64,000 bases of DNA, from NCBI GenBank assembly GCA_050309605.1, contig JBNRMN010000082.1, positions 22,249 to 86,248 of the forward strand, in the 5' to 3' direction. Origin of the DNA: Anaerohalosphaeraceae bacterium (GTDB taxonomy: Bacteria; Planctomycetota; Phycisphaerae; Sedimentisphaerales; Anaerohalosphaeraceae). Made by a program: the position numbers and the translations under genes. Below, piece after piece: positions 38,742 to 48,019 of the stretch (the stretch's first letter is position 1; the number at the start of each line of letters is the position of its first letter). The notes under the pieces are model-generated. The model ran no database searches, was not told the origin of the DNA, and saw only the letters and a list, made by a program, of their open reading frames with translations.

Positions 38742-40034
38742 TTAATGTCTCAGGCCCTTTATCCGGCACACTATCTTTCCAAGCGACTCCAGCAAACTCC
38801 AGAAGCAGCGTCGTCGTCCTATCCAGGTTTGCACAAGCCCTGCCGCTACGCTAAAGATGTCTCTCATGCGAGCATGTCCGCTGAATTGTGCCCCGTAATC
38901 GGGAACGATCTTGCCGAACAGCCGACGCAGAAAAAACGCGGCGAAGATGCGTTGCTTTTTCATATAGAGGCCTTGACGTTGGGCGGCCAGAAGGGTTTCT
39001 TTGGGGAGCGGATTCAGCACGATTGCTCCTTCCTGTTGAGCGTCTCTGAGTACCGCATCAAGTCGGGCGGATCGGACAATCAGGGCGTTGATGCCTTTGT
39101 CGTCTTGCAGATAGGGATTGATATGAATATCTCCAAAAGACATATCGGAAAATTCCGCTGTATGGTCAAAGCATAGAAGACACCGCCTGTAATTGAAAAA
39201 AGCATGCAATTGACGGTAATACTCATGATAGGGAATTTTGCACAGCATCTGGCCGGTTTTGGAAACGACTTTCAGGCAGCCGGGATAACCTTCATCCCGA
39301 TAAGAAAATGAGCCGATATTATTCGGATCAAGACCCAACTTATAGCACAGGTATTCAGGCATCTGACGGGTTCGGGTCGAACTGCAAAACAAACCGAAAA
39401 AGGCATAAATTTTTGATCCAAATTCAGGATTCTGTGCCGCCAGAAGTCGAAATCCCTGGAGGTGGCAAGGCAGGCCTACCAACACAAAAGGGCCTTCGGT
39501 TGACATGATCGTGTCATAAACACCATGCCGGCTGACCGGACAATATCGGCTGCTTCGGGCCGCTATGATCTCCTCTCGTGTCCGGGCCAGGACCGTCCGA
39601 GCTTGAATCGGCTCTTGCGGATCGTGGGCGGCCACCACGGCTCCGGCTATGATTTTTTTTTCCAAAAGATAAATCAACAGGGCACAGACCATTCCGCCGG
39701 ATGCAGAATGATAACGAATGGAATCATCTGCGGCATAGCCGGCATATAAGGCACGGTAGCAGCCCAAGCCGTCTTCCGAAGAGATGTCGGCATTTTCGAA
39801 TAAACGCTGGGTGTTGGCCCCAAAATCAAACCTTTTACCTGGACAGCTATGCAAACAGCGATGGCACCCCTGATTGGCCAGACAGTGTACATTCTCTACG
39901 GTGGGTTTATATGCATCCCACTCCAACCGCATCGTGACCGCGCCGACTGGACAGGCCGCCGTACACACACCACATCCGACGCAAAGTCCTGAGGCGGCAA
40001 CGGCGGCGACGTTTTGAAATGTATCAGTTTTCAT
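38742..40034 (-). CDS. Coenzyme F420 hydrogenase beta subunit (FrhB)-like flavin/Fe-S oxidoreductase
   Basis: N-terminal 2x[4Fe-4S] (CVGCGVCTAACP; C....C..C...CP), SASGG, GLPCH, GLFC, C..C.DH.....D.SFGD. Confidence 0.85.
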   Translation of the reverse strand: MKTDTFQNVAAVAASGLCVGCGVCTAACPVGAVTMRLEWDAYKPTVENVHCLANQGCHRCLHSCPGKRFDFGANTQRLFENADISSEDGLGCYRALYAGYAADDSIRYHSASGGMVCALLIYLLEKKIIAGAVVAAHDPQEPIQARTVLARTREEIIAARSSRYCPVSRHGVYDTIMSTEGPFVLVGLPCHLQGFRLLAAQNPEFGSKIYAFFGLFCSSTRTRQMPEYLCYKLGLDPNNIGSFSYRDEGYPGCLKVVSKTGQMLCKIPYHEYYRQLHAFFNYRRCLLCFDHTAEFSDMSFGDIHINPYLQDDKGINALIVRSARLDAVLRDAQQEGAIVLNPLPKETLLAAQRQGLYMKKQRIFAAFFLRRLFGKIVPDYGAQFSGHARMRDIFSVAAGLVQTWIGRRRCFWSLLESLGKIVCRIKGLRH

Positions 40035-41247
40035 TTTTTTTGCGGAGTATCGGATCCAGTTCATCCATTACGGCATAAGCACTTTCGATGAGCGAGTGTG
40101 TCATGGCAGAAAGCCGGCTTCGATAGGATTTTCGGTTTTGATGAAGCAGCGAAATCTTGGCCCGAAGGTTTGAAGGGGTATCCTGAATACTCCATCGGTA
40201 TTCTCCCAATGACAGCATATTCATCAGGCCGTGGGCTTTATGGCTGTATTCAAGGATCAGGCTGGGAACGCAACATGATAAGGCGGCGATGACCGCATGC
40301 ATACGTGCTCCGGCAAACAGAGCACATCGCGCGATCACCCCTTTGTAGTCTCGGGCGGAATATTCGCCGTGCAGCGCGTAAACAGATTGGGAGTTGGTCA
40401 GACGCTCATACAGCAATGGAAACAGCCGGCGGTCATCTCCGCCGGGGCCAAGCAAACGGTTGTTGTATTCGGGATAATGATCCAGCATTGCTTTGGAATA
40501 AATTTGATGCGGTATCAGAAGTACGGGCCTGTCCGTCAGGGCGATAAGTTGGCTGATCATTTCAGCCATAATCTGCAGATAATCCGCCCCGAGCAGTTTC
40601 ATCCGGTGATAGAGCAAAACGCTGATATTGACACCGACATATGACCCCGCTGGAAGCACCGGAATGGATTCCGATTTTAATAAATGCTCAATACGCTCGT
40701 TCTGTGCGGCCTTCAGTACAAAGGCTGTGTCGGGATATAAGCGGACATTGTGCAACCCCAGTGATTGAAATGACTCATAGGTGATGCTGTCGCGGACGGT
40801 CAGCACGTCAAATTGCCGAAGGGCTTGTACAGCCAGAAATCGCTTCCAGCCCGGCTCAAAAGGACCGAGCGACGAAGTCATCAGCATCCGGGGAACACGG
40901 TATCGATGCAGTGCAAGCAGCTTGCGCAAAGTCAGATAAGGCGGAGAAGTGATGTAGGCGTCTCCCCAGGGACAAACAACCGCATCCACCTGGCCGGCCA
41001 GATGACGCGCCTTAAGAAGTGTCTTGAACATGCTGCCGGGGCGCTGCACAATATGACAACGGCAACCGGTTTCGGACAAATATTGACTTTCAACCGGAGG
41101 ACAGGCGCTCAGAAAATAATATTCGGATCCGGGATACCGATTTTCAATGATTTCAACGGCGGCATTCACCAGAGCCTGAGAACCTATGCTGACATGCGGC
41201 TTGGGACCCAGTCCGTCAATATAGAACTTTTTCGTGTGCATTGTCAT
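40024..41247 (-). CDS. Polysaccharide pyruvyltransferase family protein (WcaK-like)
   Basis: GS.A, SLGPF, VRD..T, PDTAF, IPH, GARMHA.IAA...VP.L..EYSHK. Confidence 0.85.
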   Translation of the reverse strand: MTMHTKKFYIDGLGPKPHVSIGSQALVNAAVEIIENRYPGSEYYFLSACPPVESQYLSETGCRCHIVQRPGSMFKTLLKARHLAGQVDAVVCPWGDAYITSPPYLTLRKLLALHRYRVPRMLMTSSLGPFEPGWKRFLAVQALRQFDVLTVRDSITYESFQSLGLHNVRLYPDTAFVLKAAQNERIEHLLKSESIPVLPAGSYVGVNISVLLYHRMKLLGADYLQIMAEMISQLIALTDRPVLLIPHQIYSKAMLDHYPEYNNRLLGPGGDDRRLFPLLYERLTNSQSVYALHGEYSARDYKGVIARCALFAGARMHAVIAALSCCVPSLILEYSHKAHGLMNMLSLGEYRWSIQDTPSNLRAKISLLHQNRKSYRSRLSAMTHSLIESAYAVMDELDPILRKKNEN

Positions 41248-42484
41248 TGCAGATACACTGTTGTTGCTGTAATTCGCTTTCCATTTCGTGGCACAAGGCG
41301 GCCAGAGGAAGCATCAGATACAGCGTTTCATATCGGGCCATTGCTCCATTGAAAAAGGAGATAAAGACATAAAAACAATAAAACACCAGCATGGCCGGCA
41401 GGAGCCTGCTCCGTCGTTTCCAGAGTTTCCAGAGGATAAACCAAAACGCAAAGTGCATCATCAATAAATGTGCCAGCCCGAGAAGCCCCAAATCCGGCAG
41501 AATCTGAAAGAAGTCGGAATGGGAGTGCAGCGGTATCGGCTCGGCTGCGGGATTCCGGCTGTAATAAATATCCTGTAAATGAAATGACGTTTCATAAAAA
41601 CCGTGGCCGAAGATACGTCGGGCAAGATTTGCTTCAATCCAGTGGTTGTAGGATTCAAGATAGCGCCACCATCGTTGTGAATTGCCGGGCGAGGCAACAT
41701 GTTGAAACCGCGATTTGACCGGTGAATAATGACGCACAAAGGTTGGCAAAAAGATCATGAGCATCAAAACAGTGATTGCACCTGCGGTTCGAATTTTATA
41801 CAGTCGAAAGTAAGCCGCCGCCAGAAGGCCGATAGATAAGCCGGTAGAGATAATGATGCTCCGTTTCAGACTGAAAACAACCAGGCTGGCGCAAAACACA
41901 AAAACAATCAGCGTTTGCGCCGTAAACCGGTAAAAACACAGCGTGAGTAAAAGGACAAACTGAAGACATAACGCCGCATTACTGCTGAACGCCTCGGTTT
42001 GGCCCTGATGGCGCAGCTCGGTCCAGGACACGGCGGCCCAATGCATTTGAACTCCAAGCAAAATAATCAACAGAGAGAGAATCAAAACCTTGAATTGAAG
42101 ATTTGAAACCGTATTGACTGTGAGACGGAAAAAGAAATAGGCGAATATCCAGTAATAGGCGCGCGCGGCACAGGCAAGTTGGTACAGGCTGTTTATTCGG
42201 AACAAATTCAATGTGATCAGCAGGACCAGCAGCCACAGCGCAAATTCAAGCAGTCGCAGCGCCGTATTTTCCGGACGTCGGTAAGCAATAAAAACATACA
42301 TAACCATCAGTCCCAGACTGACGAGTTTGACAGCCTGCGGAAAGACTCGAATCGAGGAAAACAGCTCTTTGGACGCCCTTGCATCGCTGAAAAAGACGAC
42401 ATCCAGGAAGGCGGCAAATAGAATCAGATAAAAAACGAGATTGCCGAAACAAATCTTTTTATTACAGAATTTGATGATGGTCAT
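41216..42484 (-). CDS. wzy: Wzy polymerase / O-antigen ligase family membrane protein
   Basis: About 11 TMs, SLKRS, periplasmic loop R.....FGHG...HSHSDFFQIL.DLGLLG (Wzy_C). Start uncertain. Confidence 0.75.
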   Translation of the reverse strand: MTIIKFCNKKICFGNLVFYLILFAAFLDVVFFSDARASKELFSSIRVFPQAVKLVSLGLMVMYVFIAYRRPENTALRLLEFALWLLVLLITLNLFRINSLYQLACAARAYYWIFAYFFFRLTVNTVSNLQFKVLILSLLIILLGVQMHWAAVSWTELRHQGQTEAFSSNAALCLQFVLLLTLCFYRFTAQTLIVFVFCASLVVFSLKRSIIISTGLSIGLLAAAYFRLYKIRTAGAITVLMLMIFLPTFVRHYSPVKSRFQHVASPGNSQRWWRYLESYNHWIEANLARRIFGHGFYETSFHLQDIYYSRNPAAEPIPLHSHSDFFQILPDLGLLGLAHLLMMHFAFWFILWKLWKRRSRLLPAMLVFYCFYVFISFFNGAMARYETLYLMLPLAALCHEMESELQQQQCICNDNAHEKVLY

Positions 42485-43784
42485 GATCTTCGGGAATATC
42501 CACGGCTGCATGTGTTTGGGTGACGTATAGATGACGATAAAACAGAAAGTAGCCCAATGCCGCAAGCCAGGCAATCTGAGTTATCGTCAGGCACACGGCG
42601 ACTCCCCAAAGGCCTGCATAATTGACCAAAGGAAGGCCGATTAGTAAAAAAATAATGCTGCCGGCGACTGAAGACAGAAAAATACGGAACGTTTGTTGGG
42701 TGGCTTTCATTGCGGCGTTCAGTACGCAGGAGTTGATCTCGACTGCTTTTGCAAATCCCCAGATCAGCAGAATTCCTGTTAACACAGTGTATTCATGTCC
42801 GTAGAACAACACAAAAACGTGTTTGCCGGCAAGCAATAAAAAGCATAGGAACGCAGCGGAAAGAAGCATTGTATATTTCAGTACACTGCGAATTCGTCGG
42901 GAAAATATCCCGGGCTGAGCCTGAAACGACCGGGCCAGTCTCGGAGCACAAAACATTATGACCACAAAAATGATAGGGTTAAGAATCGCAAAAAAGTTGT
43001 AATAGGCACCGTAGTGGCTGATTTGTTCACTTCTGCCGAAAAAACGAAGAAAAAAAGGAAATGACGCAAATACCATCGTATTGAGCAGATTGTTTAAGAA
43101 AACCCATTTACCAAAATGATAATGTCGTACAAAGGTACGCCGGACATCATCTTTGCAGGACATGCCGCTGAATCGTTTATCGTTGCACAGCCAAACCACC
43201 AGAGACGGAATCATATACCCGCTGCCGGCCAATAACAATAGTCGGCTGACTGTTATCGAATTGTTCATCACAAAAAAGCCCGCACCGAACAGCACAGCGC
43301 TGGAAAGTCCCGACAGCAGGGGCTTAAGATAATCCATCGTTGCAAGACATAAATGGCGTGAAAATATATTAAACAAATCTCCTGCGATAAACCACAGCGA
43401 TGCCAGAAGGAAATGGAGCGTATGGTAGGCGGGAGGATAAAGAAGTCGATACAGCAGCGCGTAAAGAATTGCCAATACAAGTAATGACAGAAAAAAAAGG
43501 AGTGCGACTGCAGCATTGTATCTGTCTTTGCTTTTATGATGCCGATCATGGATAAAGATGATATAAGGACCGAAAATAAAGCTGGTACAGAAAAACAGCA
43601 TATACATATGAATCGGCTGGAGCGTTGTGTAGAAAGAAAAATCATCTTTTGAGCACAATCGCGCAACCGCCAAAGTAATACCCAGACGCAGCAAAGACCG
43701 CACGCCTTGATCTATCACCAGAGGGGCGACCTGGATCATTTTTTGAATATCTTTGTGATAATTCCGAAAGTAAACTTTATCCAT
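42462..43784 (-). CDS. wzx: Wzx-type polysaccharide flippase
   Basis: About 12 TMs; IDQG......T..VAR, FGKW, YG..Y, GL.G.A; position in the operon. Confidence 0.75.
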   Translation of the reverse strand: MDKVYFRNYHKDIQKMIQVAPLVIDQGVRSLLRLGITLAVARLCSKDDFSFYTTLQPIHMYMLFFCTSFIFGPYIIFIHDRHHKSKDRYNAAVALLFFLSLLVLAILYALLYRLLYPPAYHTLHFLLASLWFIAGDLFNIFSRHLCLATMDYLKPLLSGLSSAVLFGAGFFVMNNSITVSRLLLLAGSGYMIPSLVVWLCNDKRFSGMSCKDDVRRTFVRHYHFGKWVFLNNLLNTMVFASFPFFLRFFGRSEQISHYGAYYNFFAILNPIIFVVIMFCAPRLARSFQAQPGIFSRRIRSVLKYTMLLSAAFLCFLLLAGKHVFVLFYGHEYTVLTGILLIWGFAKAVEINSCVLNAAMKATQQTFRIFLSSVAGSIIFLLIGLPLVNYAGLWGVAVCLTITQIAWLAALGYFLFYRHLYVTQTHAAVDIPEDHDHHQIL

Positions 43785-43959
43785 TATCAGCTATTATTGC
43801 GGTGTGGGCAGACTCCGTCCCCCTCGGCTGCACCGTATTGGATCAAAAAAAACCAACGCTATTTATATTATGTTTTTGAGAAGGAGTGTCTGTTTAACAA
43901 GAAGCGGTTTATGCTCCATTCAATACAAAAGATCACTGTACCCTGCTTGTCTGTCTAAG

Positions 43960-45159
43960 CTAAACTCTTGTATGGGAAGCGAACGAAAGCTTCTTTTGCT
44001 GCACTCCTTCTCGCAAAAACGCGCCAATCAACGATAACACAAAAGCGGCGATAAAAACAAGTCCGGTTTTTTTGACGGTTTCACGTGCCTCTCCATAAAT
44101 TGCCGGATTCTCCACGATGGGGACGGCGGAGGCCATGCTGTTTTCGATACGCTTAATATACGCCGCCAGGCGGTCCTGTGCCGAAGCTTCTTCAGCATAG
44201 TCCGTTATCACATCGGTTAGGAACGAATGGAACTGTGTTAGAGTCTGACGTTGCTGCTTTATATCATTCAGGCGATTCAGTACTCTTTCGAACAGCGCCA
44301 GCAGGTCGGTATAGTAATTATATTTTTCAGTATTGAATCGGATTTCTTCTTCGAGGTTGACCAGTTGCGTTTGAATTGCCTGAAGCTGGTACGGCAGCGG
44401 CAGATAATCACTGCCGCTATTGGTTACATCCAACTGAAGCATAATATTACCGGACAGATACTCGGCACCGGCCGGAATGGATGTTTTGAGTTTTTCAAGA
44501 GTTGACTTTTTACGCTGCAGTTCAAGATTCAGAACGAACCGGTTTTCTTCAATGCCGGCCATTTCATCTTTAAATCGACTAATTGTTTTGATGAGCTGAT
44601 TTTTCTCCATATACAACGGGATGACTTGTTCAAAATTGTGGCGCAGAATTGCGGCAATAGTTTGCAGATTGTCGGTTGAATCATAGGTAACGTGCATTAA
44701 CAACAAATTACCGCGCGTGTCAAGCTTTTCCCGCGCCTCGGAAAAATTTCTTACCTGTGTTTCAAATAAAGCCGGCGCAATCTCAAAACGAACCAGTTGT
44801 CTTATATCGGCGATCGTGTTCGCGCTGCTTAGTGCTTCGGCATAATCCGCAATACCTTGCCCTTGCAGGTCTTCGACGAGCCGTTGAATATTTTCGGCGC
44901 TGTAAAACTTGTCTTCAAGGGACTTCAAGTCTGTTTCGCTCATCTCCATTAAATACGTATAACTCAGGCTGTGCCGACGAGGCATCACAAACAGAACAAA
45001 TCCCGCCACAAGCGTCGGAATCAATGCCCCAAGCACAATCAATGTCTTGTGTTTCAAAAGAATAAAAACATAATCGATTAAATCGATTTCATCGTCATCA
45101 TGATGTCGCGTAGGTTGTTGAGGCCGGATATCGGTCCGATTCTCCTTGTTGTTGGGCAT
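43960..45159 (-). CDS. wzz: Wzz/polysaccharide co-polymerase-like chain length determinant
   Basis: DDEIDLIDY...L.KHK.LI, TM near each terminus, periplasmic coiled coil. Confidence 0.8.
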   Translation of the reverse strand: MPNNKENRTDIRPQQPTRHHDDDEIDLIDYVFILLKHKTLIVLGALIPTLVAGFVLFVMPRRHSLSYTYLMEMSETDLKSLEDKFYSAENIQRLVEDLQGQGIADYAEALSSANTIADIRQLVRFEIAPALFETQVRNFSEAREKLDTRGNLLLMHVTYDSTDNLQTIAAILRHNFEQVIPLYMEKNQLIKTISRFKDEMAGIEENRFVLNLELQRKKSTLEKLKTSIPAGAEYLSGNIMLQLDVTNSGSDYLPLPYQLQAIQTQLVNLEEEIRFNTEKYNYYTDLLALFERVLNRLNDIKQQRQTLTQFHSFLTDVITDYAEEASAQDRLAAYIKRIENSMASAVPIVENPAIYGEARETVKKTGLVFIAAFVLSLIGAFLREGVQQKKLSFASHTRV

Positions 45160-45230
45160 AAAAATCCTTTTTATGAGACTTTTTCTTTAAGTCAAGCGTA
45201 ACCTGTGTGTCAAGATCGACGACAGACACA

Positions 45231-45259
45231 ATTAAATAGAATACCGTATTATTTGTCAA
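45231..45259 (-). promoter_or_regulatory. Sigma70 promoter of the polysaccharide operon
   Basis: TTGACA-17 nt-TTTAAT on the minus strand about 70 nt upstream of wzz. Confidence 0.6.
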
Positions 45260-45307
45260 GACAGGTTACATTTTATAAGCAAGTTCAGTTATAATACCTT
45301 CCAAAGA

Positions 45308-46654
45308 ATGACTCAACACAAAAAAACAGTTCGAATCGAGGCGATACGGGAAGCGATTAAGGCATTTCCGACCGGGCCGGGTCTGTATTTTATGAAGGAC
45401 GCCGATGACAAGGTATTGTACATCGGAAAAGCAAAGAATCTGCGAAGCCGGGTGTCCAGCTATTTTCAACCGGCGGCCAACCTGCATGAAAGTCGCGGGC
45501 CGTGGATCGCCGAGATGGTCGAAAAAACCGCAATTGTGGACTTTTTGCAGACCGAAAGCGAGGTGGACGCCATCCTGCAGGAAGCCCGACTGGTCAAGGA
45601 CATTCACCCGCCGTACAATACCGACCTCAAAGATGCCAAGACCTTTCCTTATCTGGAAATCACGACCCGACAGAATTTTCCCGGCGTCTATATCACCCGT
45701 AACCCGCAGGATTCGCGAAGCCGTTTGTTCGGCCCTTTTACCAGCGTCAATGACTTGCGAGCGGTGATTGTCGTCTTACAGAGAATTTACAAATTTCGAA
45801 CGTGTACGCTGGATATTCGTGAAGACGATCCCAAACGCCGGTTTTTCCGACCCTGTATTCTCTACAATATTCGTCAATGCACCGCACCGTGCGGCGACCG
45901 TGTTTCTAAGGATGACTACCGAAAGCAAATTCGTGATTTTATCTCCTTTTTGCAGTCCAAACGGACCACCGTTTTGCGAAAGCTGAACAAGCAGATGGCC
46001 GAGGCGGCGGCCCGGCTGGATTTTGAGACTGCCGCCGAATGCCGCGACCGTATTCGCCTGATTGAGAGCCTTGATAAACGCGGCACAGTCGATGGACACA
46101 TCCAGCCGGAAGTCTTTGCCGCCGATCCGACCGAGGCGCTGACCAAACTGCAAGCACTGCTCAAAGCCGAGCAGCCGATTCGGATTATCGAAGGTTTTGA
46201 CATTGCCCATCTGGCCGGGACCGAGACCGTCGGGTCGATGGTACAGTTCATTGACGGCAGGCCATTCAAGGACGGCTACCGACGATTCAAAATCAAGACC
46301 GTCCGCGGCGTCGATGATTATGCGTGCCTCAAAGAAATCGTGATGCGCCGCTATCAGCGCGCCTTGGCCGGCGAGGAACTCTGGCCGGATGTGGTGCTCA
46401 TCGACGGCGGTATCGGCCAGCTTCACGCCGCCGAAGAGGCCTTTGCCGAGATGGCCGTGCCGCGACTGCCCAACCTGATGTCTATTGCCAAGAAGGAAGA
46501 ACTGCTCTATATCCACGGCCGCGATAGGGAAGTTCGTCTGGCGGCCACCAATCCGGTGCGTAAACTGCTTCAGTATGTCCGCGACGAGGCCCATCGCTTT
46601 GCCCAGCACTATCACCACATCCTCCGCAAAAAGAAAATGCTCAACGATACATAA
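45308..46654 (+). CDS. uvrC: Excinuclease ABC subunit C, short form without HhH domains
   Basis: GIY-YIG (PG.Y.M....LYIGKAKNLRSRV), UVR helix (LDFETAA..RD), RNase H-like IEGFDIAH, LIDGG.GQ, RDEAHRFA. Confidence 0.92.
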   Translation: MTQHKKTVRIEAIREAIKAFPTGPGLYFMKDADDKVLYIGKAKNLRSRVSSYFQPAANLHESRGPWIAEMVEKTAIVDFLQTESEVDAILQEARLVKDIHPPYNTDLKDAKTFPYLEITTRQNFPGVYITRNPQDSRSRLFGPFTSVNDLRAVIVVLQRIYKFRTCTLDIREDDPKRRFFRPCILYNIRQCTAPCGDRVSKDDYRKQIRDFISFLQSKRTTVLRKLNKQMAEAAARLDFETAAECRDRIRLIESLDKRGTVDGHIQPEVFAADPTEALTKLQALLKAEQPIRIIEGFDIAHLAGTETVGSMVQFIDGRPFKDGYRRFKIKTVRGVDDYACLKEIVMRRYQRALAGEELWPDVVLIDGGIGQLHAAEEAFAEMAVPRLPNLMSIAKKEELLYIHGRDREVRLAATNPVRKLLQYVRDEAHRFAQHYHHILRKKKMLNDT

Positions 46655-46848
46655 TCGCAGCCGTGAGCCGGTGCAGTCGTGTACTTTGGCAAAACATCCG
46701 CATTCACCACATAATCAAGAAATCCGATGCGGCATTTCTCGTTTTCTCCGGTTTTACGGGTAACACTTCGGCTCCCCATGCGTCTTATACAACAGACTCC
46801 AAACCTGCTGTTGTGGATTTACGATAAATTTTTATTGGGCAAGGTGTT

Positions 46849-48000
46849 ATGGAAATAAACGCCAAATGCGATGCGGTTCGTCTTGTGGATGGGATTATGG
46901 CAGATGCGGTACACTGCGGAGCCAGTGATGTACATTGTGAGCCGACGGCGGGGGGGCTGGAGGTGCGATTTCGTCTGGACGGCACGCTCAAGACGGTTGA
47001 GACCCTGCCCAAGAGTGTCAGCGACAGTATCATCTCACGACTAAAGGTACTGGGCGGCCTGCTGACCTATCGCAGTGACATTCCACAGGAAGGACGCATT
47101 GAATACGCCGCAACGCAAACCGAAAGTCCGGCAGGCCGGGTAACTGATATGCGGCTGGCGGTTTTTCCGACCATTTATGGACAGCGGGCGGTGGTGCGGC
47201 TGTTTTTTGAGAATGCCGGATTGATGGAGCTGGATAAGCTGGGGCTGAATGCGACGATTGAAGAGTCGCTCAAGGCGTTTGCCGCGGGCAATCAAGGCGT
47301 GCTGCTGCTGACCGGCCCGGCCGGCAGCGGCAAAAGCACGACGCTGGCGGCACTGCTGCGGTATATCCATCGCATCTGTTCGGGAAAGAGTATCGTGGCG
47401 CTGGAAGATCCCGTTGAACGCGCCATCGACGGGATTACGCAGGTTCAGATCGAGCCGCGAGGTGAGTTGACCTTTGCCGTAGCGCTGCGGTCGCTGCTGC
47501 GGCAGGATCCGGAGGTGCTGATGCTTGGCGAAATCCGCGACGCCGAGACGGCCCAAATCGTCGTCGAAGCGGGACTGACCGGACATCTGCTAATGAGCAC
47601 GCTGCACAGCGGTTCGTGCAGCGGGGCGCTGCTGCGGCTGCTGGAGATGGGAATTGAGCCGTATCAGGCGACCTCGGCGATCTCGGCGATTCTGAATCAG
47701 CGGCTGGTGCGGCGACTGTGCGAAAACTGTAAACGCCGTGATGAGGCGACGGGCAAGTGGGAGGCGCTCGGATGTGAATCGTGTCTGAATACAGGCTATG
47801 CCGGCCGGATGCTGCTGGCCGAGCAAGTGCATCTGGACGGGACGCTGCGCAAGGCAATTTTACAGCGGGTCGATTTGGAGACGCTGGACACGCTGCTGGC
47901 TGAACGCGGGCATATGAGTCTTGTGCAGGACGGGCGGCGTCTGATGGCGCAGGGGCTGACCACCGAGTCGGAACTGATCCGCGTGTGCGGCCAATGTTAA
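46849..48000 (+). CDS. GspE/PilB family secretion ATPase (N-terminally short)
   Basis: ASDVH.EP, RFRLDG, PQEGR, Walker A GPAGSGKSTT, EDPVE, LRQDPEV.M.GEIRD.ETA, LTGHL..STLH, CxxC..CxxC. Confidence 0.92.
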   Translation: MEINAKCDAVRLVDGIMADAVHCGASDVHCEPTAGGLEVRFRLDGTLKTVETLPKSVSDSIISRLKVLGGLLTYRSDIPQEGRIEYAATQTESPAGRVTDMRLAVFPTIYGQRAVVRLFFENAGLMELDKLGLNATIEESLKAFAAGNQGVLLLTGPAGSGKSTTLAALLRYIHRICSGKSIVALEDPVERAIDGITQVQIEPRGELTFAVALRSLLRQDPEVLMLGEIRDAETAQIVVEAGLTGHLLMSTLHSGSCSGALLRLLEMGIEPYQATSAISAILNQRLVRRLCENCKRRDEATGKWEALGCESCLNTGYAGRMLLAEQVHLDGTLRKAILQRVDLETLDTLLAERGHMSLVQDGRRLMAQGLTTESELIRVCGQC

Positions 48001-48019
48001 ATGGTAAAGGAAGCAGACG

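Noticed and set aside
38742..40034. Methanogen-type F420 hydrogenase
   Set aside because: No FrhA, FrhG or maturation genes; the context is a polysaccharide operon.
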